A program made the translations under genes and the position numbers. A stretch of 45,323 nt of DNA. Origin: a candidate division FCPU426 bacterium. GTDB lineage: Bacteria; Oederibacteriota; Muellerivitia; Muellerivitales; Muellerivitaceae. Under the pieces are notes generated by a model. It saw only the letters and a program-made list of their open reading frames with translations. It was not told the origin of the DNA and made no database searches. The stretch is from NCBI GenBank assembly GCA_963830915.1, contig CAWHOE010000011.1:1-45323 (forward strand). The letters run 5' to 3'. Positions within the stretch are counted from its first letter, which is position 1. Every line of letters starts with the position of its first letter. Shown here piece after piece: positions 7,492 through 17,411 of the stretch.

Positions 7492-10400
7492 ATGGACGCC
7501 AGATATAGGGCAGAAATTGATCCATCTTTTCGAAGTCATTTCCTGATACTTCGCGGGTATTTCTTTACCCTTTTTTTACTTCTCCTCCCCTGCGTTTCAC
7601 AAAGTCAAATTGTTGGTTCTTCCAAGTACTGCCCAACCGATCCGCCAACACAATATAACTCGATAGCTTCGACCTATGGACCTTTAGCGCCGGGCACTGG
7701 CGCTTGTGGTTTCAAGGCGGGAATGTACGACCCGAATATGTACGCGGCGATCGACGACAATCTTTCACATGACTATCAAAGCGGGATGGCGTGCGGAGCT
7801 TGCGCCGCTGTCTCCAATACAGTAGAGGGTTTTTCCGTAACTTTGATGGTCGTTGACCGTTGCGGTACTTGCAGTAGTTCAGCCCACCAACTTGACCTTG
7901 GGCCTGCCGCATGGAGCGCGTTGACGGGCGGCGCTCCCGCTGGATTGCGGAATATCGTTTATAGCTTTGTGCCTTGCCCAATGAGCTTGCTGAATGTCGG
8001 AGGCAATAATCCTACTGGAAATATAACGTACGAATGGAAGTCGGGTTGTAGCCCTTTTTATACCGAGATCCAGTTCATGGATTATCTTTTTCCTATCGTC
8101 GGAATCAACTTAAGTGTGGATGGCGGTGCTACTTACCCTACAGCGTTATCCTTGGGTAATAATGTGGGTGATAACGAGTTTTGGAGCATTCCTGGAACCA
8201 ACTTCAATAATACCGAGGGACCTTTTTATTTTCAGATCACTGACGCGAGAGGGAATGTTACCGATGTAGGCCCCATAAATGGTTGCGATGTGGTTGAATC
8301 CACAGTCCCTTACGGCACCACCACGGCGCAAGAACCGGGATGCGGTCCCACCAATACGCCGGGGCCGCCGACGGCGACGCCTACTATTACCAACACTCCG
8401 ATGCCCATGCCGACTTATATCTCGAACGGGATCAGTTATTCCAATTGCGCCCAAACCCAACCAAGCGCATATTCCGAGAATCAGGAACTTTTGGCCCAAG
8501 GAACCGGCTTGGATTACACCATGGTGAGTAATAATTGCGGAACTCCATTGACCGTGATACTCCCGCCAGGCGCTACGCCGGTGACCGCTTTCCTTTATGT
8601 TGAATACAACGTCTTTTCTCAAGTCACTCCTAAAACAAACGCGGTGGTTTTTGGAGGGGCTTCGACCGGTCCAGGAACCTCTACAGGCGCGGTAACCTAC
8701 GCTGGTTGGACACAAACTTGGTACAGCGTTCGTTATCCGGTGAGTGGGGGTGTATTTACAGCCGGAGGGGGTAGTGGGAGTCAGACGGCTTATACGGTGA
8801 ATACATCCGCCAATAGTGATTCATGCCAAGGAATCGGGGTAATGGTCCTTTACACGAACCCGGCGGAGACCACGAACAACGTTGTCGCCATCGCTGATGG
8901 AGAAAGCGCTTGGCATTATGAGGAAAATGGACAAGTCGCTTATGGCATACCTCCTTATGACACTCAAATGAATTGGTCATGCCTGGGTTTAAGTTGCGGA
9001 ACCTATAAAACCCGTTTTTCCGCCCTTGGAGGCGCAGAGTACTGCACGGGCACTCCGGATCAGTTTGAGGATCAAATTGAAGCTTGGGGTTCGGGACCTT
9101 CTTACGCGGGGGATTATGGACCTTGGTGGGGAAGTCCAACCCTATGGAGTGGGGCTCCAGGGGCTTTGAACTGTGACAACGGTTCTAACGCCAATAAACA
9201 TGAGATCGTGAGGGATTATAATCCTCCGGAGAGCGCGTTCGGGAACAATGGGCAAAGTTTTGAATGGGGGATGAATTTAGCCGCGAATCCCCAAAAAAGC
9301 ACCTATTGGCAGCAGGCTCTTATCGCTCAATATATTTGCAATCCTGTAACCCAATGCGCCGTGACCTATAACTTCGCGAACGGTTCAACTTTCAATGGCG
9401 CTCCTCCGGGTTGGATGGTCGGTCAAAGTCCTCCGCAACAAGGAACCTGGGCCCAAGGAACGAATGGTGTATCGTTCGTGGGAGGGGCTTATACCAATTG
9501 CTTGGATGTGAATAACCAGTTGTTGAACACACAAGTCGCCAGCGGTCCGGGAACCATGACCGTTCAGTTCTGTCAAACAGGCCAACATCAGAGTCCGAAT
9601 AATGGCGGTGTTATGTGGGATGTGAACGCCAGCACTGGAACGGGATATGAGGTGCAATGGGATGGCGATAACTGCGCCAATAGCGATAGCATGTTAATTT
9701 TCAACGTATATGGCCCAGCTGGAACTTCATCTAGAAATATCATCTCGACCCAAACGGTCGACCTTCCCACCAATAGCGCGTTGTGCAGCTGCCCGACTTG
9801 GCTTCAGCTGATTGTCACTGGTAACAAATTCATCGTATCTGTAGGCCATGCCATGGGTACCTACAGCTATAGCGTAACGTTCTCGGATTCCACCTATACG
9901 ACCGGATTGGTTGGGATCAGTGATTACGGGTGTCCTGATGATCTGTTCAAATCTTTTGAATGGGACGGCAATTGTGTGGTGACCCCCACCAACACCCCGA
10001 CCAACACTCCCACTAATACGCCGACTAACACACCGACAAACACTAATACCCCTACAAACACACCTACCAATACCCCAACGCGGACTCCGACCAATACCAA
10101 TACAAATACCAACACTCCCACTCCAACCAATACCAACACGAATACGAATACACCTACTCCCACCAATACCCCGACCAATACCAATACGAACACGAACACT
10201 CCGACGCCCACCAATACCCCCACCAACACCAATACACCCACTCCTACACCTACTCCTACTAACACTAATACGAATACTCCGACACCTACCCCCACCAATA
10301 CTCCGACCAATACCAATACCAAAACTGTTACCCCCACTAATACCCCGACCAATACCAATACCAACACGAATACAGTGACCAACACACCTACCAATACAAC

Positions 10401-12525
10401 CACAGGAACGCCACCGCCGACCAACACTCCCACCAATACCCCGACCAATTCCAATACACCCACTCCTACGAACACCCCAACACCAACTAATACACCCACT
10501 AATACCGCGACCAATACTAATACCCCGACTATCACAAATACGCCTACTCCGACCAATACACCCACGAACACCAACACAAAAACCCCAACCGCAACTCCAA
10601 CCAATACTAATACTGTGACGAATACTCCGACCAATACGAACACTCCCACACCGACACCTACCCCAACCAACACCAACACTAGAACCCCTACCGCCACCCC
10701 AACAAATACCCCTACCAACACTAACACCTATACCCTTACACCAATCAATTCCCCAACCAACACCCCCACGAATTCAAACACAGCTACCCCGACAAATACT
10801 GATACCAATACCAACACAAAAACCCCAACACCTACTCCAACAGATACCAATACGGTCACCCCGACTCCCACCAATACCAACACTGCGACCAATACCAATA
10901 CACCCACTGATACTTTTCTTAATACCCAAACCAATACTGCGACCGTCACGAATACGGCAACGCCCAGCAACACCGCGACCAACACGAACACCCGGACCCC
11001 CACCTCAACCGCGACTAATAGCAATACGGTGACCCCGACATTCACTGACACGAATTCGCCCACTGTTACTTATACTTACACCAATAGCCAGACGGCGACT
11101 GTGACCCCTACCGCGACCAACACGAATACCCACACCAATACACCCACCAATACCAATAGCGCGACGGCAACTTGGACCCCAACCAGTACCTATACCCCGA
11201 CGGCTACTTACACTCCAACCTTTACTTTTACTCCTACGCCCAATGTAAATATCGCCAAGACGGTATCGGAAACGGTAGCCAAGGCTGGAGATACCTTGAC
11301 TTATACCATCACCCTGGACGACACGACAGGGACAGCCAATTCAGTGGCGGTGACCGACATCTTGCCAAATTACCTGAGTTTTGTAAGTTTTGGGCCGGTG
11401 CCTGCCGGAGGAACACCTGTCACGACATCAACGGGCGCGTTGGTTTGGAACTTCCCTTCACTTGGACCAGGGGTTTATACCTTCACTTACCAGGCCTTGG
11501 TGTCTTCTTTCGTCCCGCAGGGAGCGGTCTTGAACAATAACGCATCCCTGATGTACGCGGGTTTGGCAACACCCAAGACAACCTTTGTCTACGTGACAAT
11601 GGCGACCGCTTACACGGTACATATCGGCGTTTATAACGAGGCTGGGGAGTTGATAAAAGAGATCTGGGTGCAAAGGTTATCGGAGGAAATCACCGACTTC
11701 TCTATATTCGCCACACCGACCATTACCAGTCTGCACGGCCAGGTTTATATCGAATATAAAGGGACGCAGATCGCGACGTGGGATGGGACGAACAATGCCG
11801 GGGATCCTGTTACGAACGGTGATTATTACGTAAAGGTAGATAACGTGGATCCCTTCGGCGTGGTAACAAGCATCACCCAAATGGTAACAGTCAGTAGGTC
11901 CTTGGCGAAGGTACAGGTGTATGTGTACAACGAAGCCGGCGAGATCGTTCGCCACCTGACTTCCTATGTGGATGATCCCAACAATATTTCCCTGTCGAAC
12001 GTGTCCCTTTCGACCAGTGTTATCAGTCCCACTATTAGCGGGACGCCGACCACGGGAAGTACGAACCTGGTCCATATCACCACGGACACAGGGATGGACT
12101 TGATCTGGGACGGAAAGAACGACAGCGGCGGGATAGTTTCAAATGGCGAATATGAGATCGAGATCCATTGGCAGGATGGTAAAGGAAATGACGTTGTCAT
12201 AACCAAGGGCATTTTAGTGCAGGAAGGGAACCAATCGTTCGCGAATGGTAAAGTGACTGCTCAGCCTAACGTATTGACCAAAGGGCAGACCAAAACCACT
12301 TTCGTGATGAATTCAGCTAGTTCTTATACCTTAAAAGTTTGGGTCTATGATGTGGCGGGAGAGTTATTGGTCTCCAAGATCAAGCGGGGAGACCTGAACA
12401 CCAACAGTGTTACGATCGATATGAGCGGGGTCGCTTCCGGTATCTACTTCGGAGTGGTTGAACTAACGGATGTCAGTGGTGGAAACGCAGGAAAACAGGT
12501 CTGCAAGATATTGGTTGTTCGCTAA
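7492..12525 (+). CDS. Large secreted multidomain protein: expansin (DPBB + CBM63), Cys-rich beta-sandwich domains, Thr/Pro/Asn stalk, DUF11-like domain, two FlgD-Ig-like domains, T9SS-type-A-like C-terminal domain
   Basis: Signal peptide-like [15 protein letters not shown]. Expansin motifs GACGF, YAAI, CGAC, VVDRC, HQLDL, then [17 protein letters not shown] and [13 protein letters not shown] repeats at 9982-11241. IAKTVS...GDTLTYTI...VTDILP (DUF11). Two copies of VYNEAGE...WDG.N..G..V.NG.Y. Terminal QPN...VYDVAGE...ASGIYF...KILVVR. Confidence 0.85.
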   Translation: MDARYRAEIDPSFRSHFLILRGYFFTLFLLLLPCVSQSQIVGSSKYCPTDPPTQYNSIASTYGPLAPGTGACGFKAGMYDPNMYAAIDDNLSHDYQSGMACGACAAVSNTVEGFSVTLMVVDRCGTCSSSAHQLDLGPAAWSALTGGAPAGLRNIVYSFVPCPMSLLNVGGNNPTGNITYEWKSGCSPFYTEIQFMDYLFPIVGINLSVDGGATYPTALSLGNNVGDNEFWSIPGTNFNNTEGPFYFQITDARGNVTDVGPINGCDVVESTVPYGTTTAQEPGCGPTNTPGPPTATPTITNTPMPMPTYISNGISYSNCAQTQPSAYSENQELLAQGTGLDYTMVSNNCGTPLTVILPPGATPVTAFLYVEYNVFSQVTPKTNAVVFGGASTGPGTSTGAVTYAGWTQTWYSVRYPVSGGVFTAGGGSGSQTAYTVNTSANSDSCQGIGVMVLYTNPAETTNNVVAIADGESAWHYEENGQVAYGIPPYDTQMNWSCLGLSCGTYKTRFSALGGAEYCTGTPDQFEDQIEAWGSGPSYAGDYGPWWGSPTLWSGAPGALNCDNGSNANKHEIVRDYNPPESAFGNNGQSFEWGMNLAANPQKSTYWQQALIAQYICNPVTQCAVTYNFANGSTFNGAPPGWMVGQSPPQQGTWAQGTNGVSFVGGAYTNCLDVNNQLLNTQVASGPGTMTVQFCQTGQHQSPNNGGVMWDVNASTGTGYEVQWDGDNCANSDSMLIFNVYGPAGTSSRNIISTQTVDLPTNSALCSCPTWLQLIVTGNKFIVSVGHAMGTYSYSVTFSDSTYTTGLVGISDYGCPDDLFKSFEWDGNCVVTPTNTPTNTPTNTPTNTPTNTNTPTNTPTNTPTRTPTNTNTNTNTPTPTNTNTNTNTPTPTNTPTNTNTNTNTPTPTNTPTNTNTPTPTPTPTNTNTNTPTPTPTNTPTNTNTKTVTPTNTPTNTNTNTNTVTNTPTNTTTGTPPPTNTPTNTPTNSNTPTPTNTPTPTNTPTNTATNTNTPTITNTPTPTNTPTNTNTKTPTATPTNTNTVTNTPTNTNTPTPTPTPTNTNTRTPTATPTNTPTNTNTYTLTPINSPTNTPTNSNTATPTNTDTNTNTKTPTPTPTDTNTVTPTPTNTNTATNTNTPTDTFLNTQTNTATVTNTATPSNTATNTNTRTPTSTATNSNTVTPTFTDTNSPTVTYTYTNSQTATVTPTATNTNTHTNTPTNTNSATATWTPTSTYTPTATYTPTFTFTPTPNVNIAKTVSETVAKAGDTLTYTITLDDTTGTANSVAVTDILPNYLSFVSFGPVPAGGTPVTTSTGALVWNFPSLGPGVYTFTYQALVSSFVPQGAVLNNNASLMYAGLATPKTTFVYVTMATAYTVHIGVYNEAGELIKEIWVQRLSEEITDFSIFATPTITSLHGQVYIEYKGTQIATWDGTNNAGDPVTNGDYYVKVDNVDPFGVVTSITQMVTVSRSLAKVQVYVYNEAGEIVRHLTSYVDDPNNISLSNVSLSTSVISPTISGTPTTGSTNLVHITTDTGMDLIWDGKNDSGGIVSNGEYEIEIHWQDGKGNDVVITKGILVQEGNQSFANGKVTAQPNVLTKGQTKTTFVMNSASSYTLKVWVYDVAGELLVSKIKRGDLNTNSVTIDMSGVASGIYFGVVELTDVSGGNAGKQVCKILVVR
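9982..11241 (+). repeat. Low-complexity coding repeat ([12 protein letters not shown] units, ~420 codons)
   Basis: Degenerate ACN-CCN-ACN-AAY repeats with shuffled synonymous codons; C/A-rich and G-poor on the + strand. Confidence 0.95.
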
Positions 12526-12836
12526 GCCCTTGTCGTATATGTCCCGCATTTCCTCTTGGATAGTCATTCATATAAATCCAAAAAAACGTTTAATACGCAA
12601 TGTTAACAGACTTATCGTCTGGCGATGGCGATGTAACTTGTCCGCCCTGCAGAATTCTTGTCCGCTGGCGGACGGGCCTTATTCAATGGTGGATTAACTC
12701 TGCCCACTAGTGGACTACCGGTTACCGGCTGTCCTCGGCCAGTGATTATCGCTTACCAGAAGTACTTTTCCGGCCACCGAAAAGATGCTGATCCCACCGG
12801 AAACCTCATTTTTGCCCACTGGATGCCTGCGTAAAG

Positions 12837-12888
12837 GGGTTACTGTCTAGGGTTACTACTGAAAAAATCAAACAGTTATATATATAAT
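12837..12888 (+). promoter_or_regulatory. Putative promoter with an upstream direct repeat
   Basis: GGGTTACT at 12837-12844 and again at 12850-12857, then CTGAAA and a TATAAT at 12883-12888, upstream of the CDS at 12982. Confidence 0.45.
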
Positions 12889-12981
12889 GTGCCTCGAGTT
12901 TTTAAGGACGGTTGTCTTTAGTAAAAAAGTTTTTTTACTTTTCTGGCTTTTAAATCAATTCCAGCATTTTTTGGAGATTCT

Positions 12982-14013
12982 TTGAGAAACTATAAAACAA
13001 TAATCCTGTTAGTCCTTATTCCCGCCTTGGTTTTGAATACGGGTCTCCAAGCATTGGCTCAAAATGCCACAGAGACGGCTACTCCCGAGGAAACTCCGAC
13101 CGCGGTTTCGACCCCGACCTCGCCCGCGCAACGACTTTTGATCGATACAAAGTACAACACCATCGGGGGTCTCCAATATATTCAGGGCGGAGAACCTGTG
13201 GCGATGGATGACCTGGATGAACTCTTTAAACCTGAAAAAGACCCGGAACTGAACCGTCTTTGGGGAACATCAAAATCATCCGGAACGCTAGGGGGATGGG
13301 GACAGGGGCTAGGAACTGGACTACTCGCTGGAGGGATCCTGGTAGCCGCTGATTCGAAGGGACAAACCAACACTAATATCGGCCTTGGAGTCGCGTTGGG
13401 AGGGGCGGTCCTTTTGGTCGCGGGGTCTTTACTGAACTTTCAGGCCAAAACCACCCAGTTCGGCGCTGTGGAAAGATACAATCAACTGACCAGGGAAGCC
13501 CAACATTCCAACCCTGTAACCGCCATCCTTTCGACCGGACCCACCCAATTAAACCCGATCGAGGTACGTTTCAGCACGCTGGGCGGGTTCAATTATAAGG
13601 CGGGGGGCAAAGACCTATTCGACGACCGGGAGATAGAAAACCTCATCAGTCCGTTGAACGATTTTGAGGCCAACCGGATGATGAAACAATCGGAGTCATC
13701 AGGGACGGTTTGCGCCGTTTTAGGAACGACCGCGGTGGTGGGTGTGGTGGGAAGTCTGGTGGGTTTTGCTTCCACTTCCTCAACCGATAACCGCACACCT
13801 TATGCCTGGACCTACCTGGGGAGCATGGCCCTCTTTGTAGTGGCCGATTTTTTTGGGTTGGAAAGCCAGACAGCGAAGTTCAACGCGGTCCAGCGTTATA
13901 ACCGTTTCGCCTATGGAGAGGAACAATTGCTTCCTCAAGGGCCATCGAATGAAAAAGACCTATTGAATTTTAACGATAACGGGAATGTAACATCCGGAGC
14001 CCAAAAACCATAG
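12982..14013 (+). CDS. Exported membrane protein with two tandem ~120-aa repeats, each with a Gly-rich hydrophobic hairpin; function unknown
   Basis: TTG start, signal peptide ending ALA-Q, Pro/Thr tract. Repeat alignment: TIGGLQY/TLGGFNY, SKSSGT/SESSGT, FGAVERYN/FNAVQRYN. Confidence 0.8.
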   Translation: MRNYKTIILLVLIPALVLNTGLQALAQNATETATPEETPTAVSTPTSPAQRLLIDTKYNTIGGLQYIQGGEPVAMDDLDELFKPEKDPELNRLWGTSKSSGTLGGWGQGLGTGLLAGGILVAADSKGQTNTNIGLGVALGGAVLLVAGSLLNFQAKTTQFGAVERYNQLTREAQHSNPVTAILSTGPTQLNPIEVRFSTLGGFNYKAGGKDLFDDREIENLISPLNDFEANRMMKQSESSGTVCAVLGTTAVVGVVGSLVGFASTSSTDNRTPYAWTYLGSMALFVVADFFGLESQTAKFNAVQRYNRFAYGEEQLLPQGPSNEKDLLNFNDNGNVTSGAQKP

Positions 14014-14279
14014 AGAAAACCTGGTTATTTCGAAAAAGTTTAACCTCCCTTGGAAAAGGTGTATGCTAGGAAAATGATGTTGCCAATGATCCAGTGTGGC
14101 CCGCCTGGAATCGGTTGTTGATGAGTGTAACCGGCATTTTTGTACTGGAGTTTTGCCCCTGATCCCTTTAGGTCTAGAGTCCATCCCTTCAAAAGCAGTT
14201 CCGACCTTCTATGAAATTATTTCATTTAATAAACAACCAAAGTCCAAACAATAAAAAGAAAGGATAGGAATAAGGTTTT

Positions 14280-15122
14280 ATGCCACCCACGATGACCAAC
14301 GTAGTTGAAAGCAAGGGCATTGAAGCCGTCAAACCGGAGATCATGGAAAAAGCGAACGCCAAGACCTGGGATGGTCTTTCCCGTATGGCCTTCGCAGCCA
14401 ATTGGGACCCTGAAAACGCAATCGACTGGAACCAGCCTATTGAATTGGGGAATATAAAAGAAGGCTGGATCAATATCCTTCATTACTTTTACGAGGGTGA
14501 ATGGCAGGGTTTGGAGATCATCCAACGACTGATGAACAAGGCCGCCCATCTTTATCAGATCAACGAGATGGTGACCTATTACTCCACCCAATGCTATGAC
14601 GAATCCAAACATCTTTTTGTTTTTCGGAAATATCTCTATAAATTGAATTCGCCGCCCAGCAAGCAGAAGGCGTTCGACCCACTGGTTTATTTATCAACCA
14701 CCGGTCCTATGGCGGTGGAACGCTGGATCCTGGCGACCTATTTCACCGAAACCCTGGCCGCTGCCATATTTCAAAGATCCCTGCAGTTGGAAAACATCGA
14801 TCCGACCGGCAAGGAAATGATCCGGTTGATGCTCAAGGATGAGTCCCGCCATATCGCAGGAACCAGGCTTGGGGTCCAGACACTGATGGATCATTCGGGG
14901 ACATTTAAAACGCCTGTCCTGAAACTCTGGTGGAAAATATTCACCCGGTTGGCCGTTTCGGAAGTTAGGAGATTAAAACCCTATGGGGACCAGATCGGGA
15001 TGGACGCGGAAGGGATTTTGGCGAAAACCTTCGCCAAGATGGCTGAATCAGAGGATTTCAAACGGTTATTCCTGAGCGATGGGTTTTCCAAGACCTTTTT
15101 GAACGCCACAGAAGCCGTTTGA
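14280..15122 (+). CDS. Ferritin-like di-iron carboxylate protein
   Basis: Paired E...DExxH ligand pattern (EGE...DESKH; ETLA...DESRH) and N-terminal W...IDW. Confidence 0.8.
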   Translation: MPPTMTNVVESKGIEAVKPEIMEKANAKTWDGLSRMAFAANWDPENAIDWNQPIELGNIKEGWINILHYFYEGEWQGLEIIQRLMNKAAHLYQINEMVTYYSTQCYDESKHLFVFRKYLYKLNSPPSKQKAFDPLVYLSTTGPMAVERWILATYFTETLAAAIFQRSLQLENIDPTGKEMIRLMLKDESRHIAGTRLGVQTLMDHSGTFKTPVLKLWWKIFTRLAVSEVRRLKPYGDQIGMDAEGILAKTFAKMAESEDFKRLFLSDGFSKTFLNATEAV

Positions 15123-15178
15123 CACCGAATCATCCTGCTGTTGGGGATCTTCGGTCATATTAAGTAAAGGAAATGGTC

Positions 15179-15625
15179 ATGGGAAAAAGATTGTATGTCG
15201 GGAGTCTGCCGTTCCAAACGACGGAAGCTGAACTTCAGGAGATATTCGCCGCCTGCGGTAAAGTGGAAAGCGCCAAGGTCATCATAGACAAGGAATCGGG
15301 ACGCTCGAAAGGATTCGGGTTCGTCGAGATGGGAACCGATGAGGAAGCCAAGGCCGCGATCGCGAAAATGAACGGAAGCGCGGTCGGCGACCGGAAGATC
15401 GTGGTCAATGAAGCACGTCCCATGGAAGAACGCAAGCCTGGCGGCGGGAACTTTGGCAACCGCCCTGGCGGGGGGTTCCGAGGAAACCGAGATAGGGGCG
15501 ATGGCGGTGGATTCGGGGGCGGGGGCAAACGTGAAGGCGGCTGGGGTGGCGGGGATAGCCGACGCCGTTCAGGGGGCGGTGGAAATCGCAAGAATTCGGA
15601 TGAGGGGCATGGTAATCGATGGTAG
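15179..15625 (+). CDS. RRM RNA-binding protein with Gly/Arg-rich tail
   Basis: RNP2 LYVGSL, RNP1 KGFGFVEM, VNEARP, low-complexity Gly/Arg tail. AAGGA spacing favours the ATG at 15179; 15173 is an alternative. Confidence 0.95.
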   Translation: MGKRLYVGSLPFQTTEAELQEIFAACGKVESAKVIIDKESGRSKGFGFVEMGTDEEAKAAIAKMNGSAVGDRKIVVNEARPMEERKPGGGNFGNRPGGGFRGNRDRGDGGGFGGGGKREGGWGGGDSRRRSGGGGNRKNSDEGHGNRW

Positions 15626-15644
15626 ATCCTAAAAAAGCATGAAG

Positions 15645-15679
15645 AAAGCCTTCTCCTTCGGGGGAAGGCTTTAGTTTTT
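15645..15679 (+). terminator. Intrinsic terminator
   Basis: AAAGCCTTCTCC-TTCG-GGGGAAGGCTTT stem with a C(UUCG)G loop, followed by AGTTTTT. Confidence 0.8.
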
Positions 15680-15702
15680 AATAATCCTGGAGGCTTATCA
15701 AC

Positions 15703-17358
15703 TTGGGAAAACTTTCTTTTATTCCGTTGGGCGGTATGGGTGAGATCGGCAAGAACATGGCCTTGCTGGAATATGACGGTCAGGCCGTGATGATCGACGC
15801 TGGTCTCATGTTTCCCGATGATCGTCATCCTGGGATCGACTACATCATTCCCGATTTCAATTTTCTGGCTGAAAAACCCGGCTACTTGAAGGCGGTTCTG
15901 CTGACCCATGGGCACGAAGACCATATCGGCGCCGTGCCTTACCTGCTCCAAAAACTCAATGTCCCAATCTATGGGACCAAACTGACCCTGGGATTCGTGA
16001 AAGCTAAGCTGGAAGAATTCACGTTCGAAAACAAACCCGAATTCATCGAGGTCGACCCCAAACAACCCATCGATGTGGGGCCATTTCATATCGAATTCAT
16101 TCGCGTCACCCATAGCATCGTTGACGGTTGCGGGCTTGCCATCACGACACCGCGCGGCGTGGTTATCCACACGGGCGATTTCAAGATCGATCCCACCCCC
16201 ATCGATGGGGTTCCTATCGACCTGAACAAATTCGCCGAGTACGGTTCCAAAGGCGTCCTGCTATTGTTCTCCGATTCCACCAACGTGGAAAGGGAAGGCT
16301 ACACCCTGTCGGAAAAAGTCGTGGGCGATGAATTTGAAAGGATATTCCCCAAGGCAAAACGCAGGATCATTGTGGCCTGTTTCGCCAGTAACATCCACCG
16401 GGTCCAACAAGTCATTGAGGCGGCTCGGAAAGTCAATCGAAAGGTTTGCATCATGGGACGCAGTATGGTCCGGAACACCCAGGTGGCCAGGGACCTGGGT
16501 TTCATGCATGTGCCCAATAATGTATTGATATCCCCGGAAAATTTGAAAGGTATGGACCCAAAAGAGGTTGTCATTGTTACCACCGGCAGCCAGGGGGAAC
16601 CTATGAGCAGCGTAACCCGTATGGCGACCGGGGATCACAAACAGATATCCCTTCAACCCGATGACCTAGTCCTGCTATCCGCCCGGACCATTCCGGGGAA
16701 CGAGCGGGCTATTTCCAACATCATCAATCTCCTTTATCGCCAGGGGGCGGAAGTGCTTTATGAGGCTGTTTCGGAGATCCACGTTTCGGGGCACGCTTGC
16801 CAGGAAGAGCAAAAAATCATGCTGGCCCTGGTCAAGCCCAAGTATTTCGTGCCAGTCCATGGGGAATATCGGCATTTAGTGCTCCACGCCCGTATGGCGG
16901 AAAAGATGGGAATGCATGCTGATAATACTTTTGTGTTGGAAAACGGCGAGAAATTGTTGGTGGACGAAAATGACGAGGCCCACATTGAAAAAGAATCATC
17001 CGGGGGCACTATCCTGGTGGATGGAAAACATATGGCGGATGTGGGTGAAGTTGTCCTTCGGGATCGCCTTCACCTGGCCCAAGATGGGGTGGTGGTCGCG
17101 ATGATCACGGTGGATTCCACGAAAGGAAGCATTGTGGGAGGCCCTGACCTGGTCACCCGAGGTTTTTCGGAAAGCCTTTCCGAAGAGCTGATGCAGGAGG
17201 CGAGGGAGGCGATCAAGAAGATGCTCGATGAACATACCGGTGAGCATATCACCGACTGGAGTTCGATTAAGGAGACCATGCGAAAAACCCTTCAGAAATT
17301 CTTCTCCCATAAGTCGGACCGTAGGCCCATGATCATGCCTGTTATCATGGAGATCTAA
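15703..17358 (+). CDS. rnj: Ribonuclease J
   Basis: PLGGMGEIGKN, THGHEDHIG metallo-beta-lactamase motif, HTGDFK, FASNIHR, TGSQGEP, HVSGHA, PVHGE, RRPMIMP. TTG start after GGAGG. Confidence 0.97.
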   Translation: MGKLSFIPLGGMGEIGKNMALLEYDGQAVMIDAGLMFPDDRHPGIDYIIPDFNFLAEKPGYLKAVLLTHGHEDHIGAVPYLLQKLNVPIYGTKLTLGFVKAKLEEFTFENKPEFIEVDPKQPIDVGPFHIEFIRVTHSIVDGCGLAITTPRGVVIHTGDFKIDPTPIDGVPIDLNKFAEYGSKGVLLLFSDSTNVEREGYTLSEKVVGDEFERIFPKAKRRIIVACFASNIHRVQQVIEAARKVNRKVCIMGRSMVRNTQVARDLGFMHVPNNVLISPENLKGMDPKEVVIVTTGSQGEPMSSVTRMATGDHKQISLQPDDLVLLSARTIPGNERAISNIINLLYRQGAEVLYEAVSEIHVSGHACQEEQKIMLALVKPKYFVPVHGEYRHLVLHARMAEKMGMHADNTFVLENGEKLLVDENDEAHIEKESSGGTILVDGKHMADVGEVVLRDRLHLAQDGVVVAMITVDSTKGSIVGGPDLVTRGFSESLSEELMQEAREAIKKMLDEHTGEHITDWSSIKETMRKTLQKFFSHKSDRRPMIMPVIMEI

Positions 17359-17411
17359 CTACCGACGATTTATCAGCCTTATGAAAAATGGGTTATTGTA
17401 CTAGGAGTTTT

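Noticed and set aside
9924..11063. Minus-strand ORFs of poly(VGVLV) that look like membrane proteins
   Set aside because: They are antisense shadows of the Thr/Pro/Asn repeat in the 7492-12525 gene and lack stops only because of the repeat's codon composition.
9982..11241. Repeat region as a possible CRISPR array or VNTR
   Set aside because: There is no constant repeat with unique spacers; variation is at third codon positions within an open frame, and no cas genes are present.
15235..16170. 311-aa minus-strand Pro-rich ORF
   Set aside because: It lies antisense to the well-supported RRM and rnj genes; the Pro-richness mirrors the Gly-rich RRM tail.
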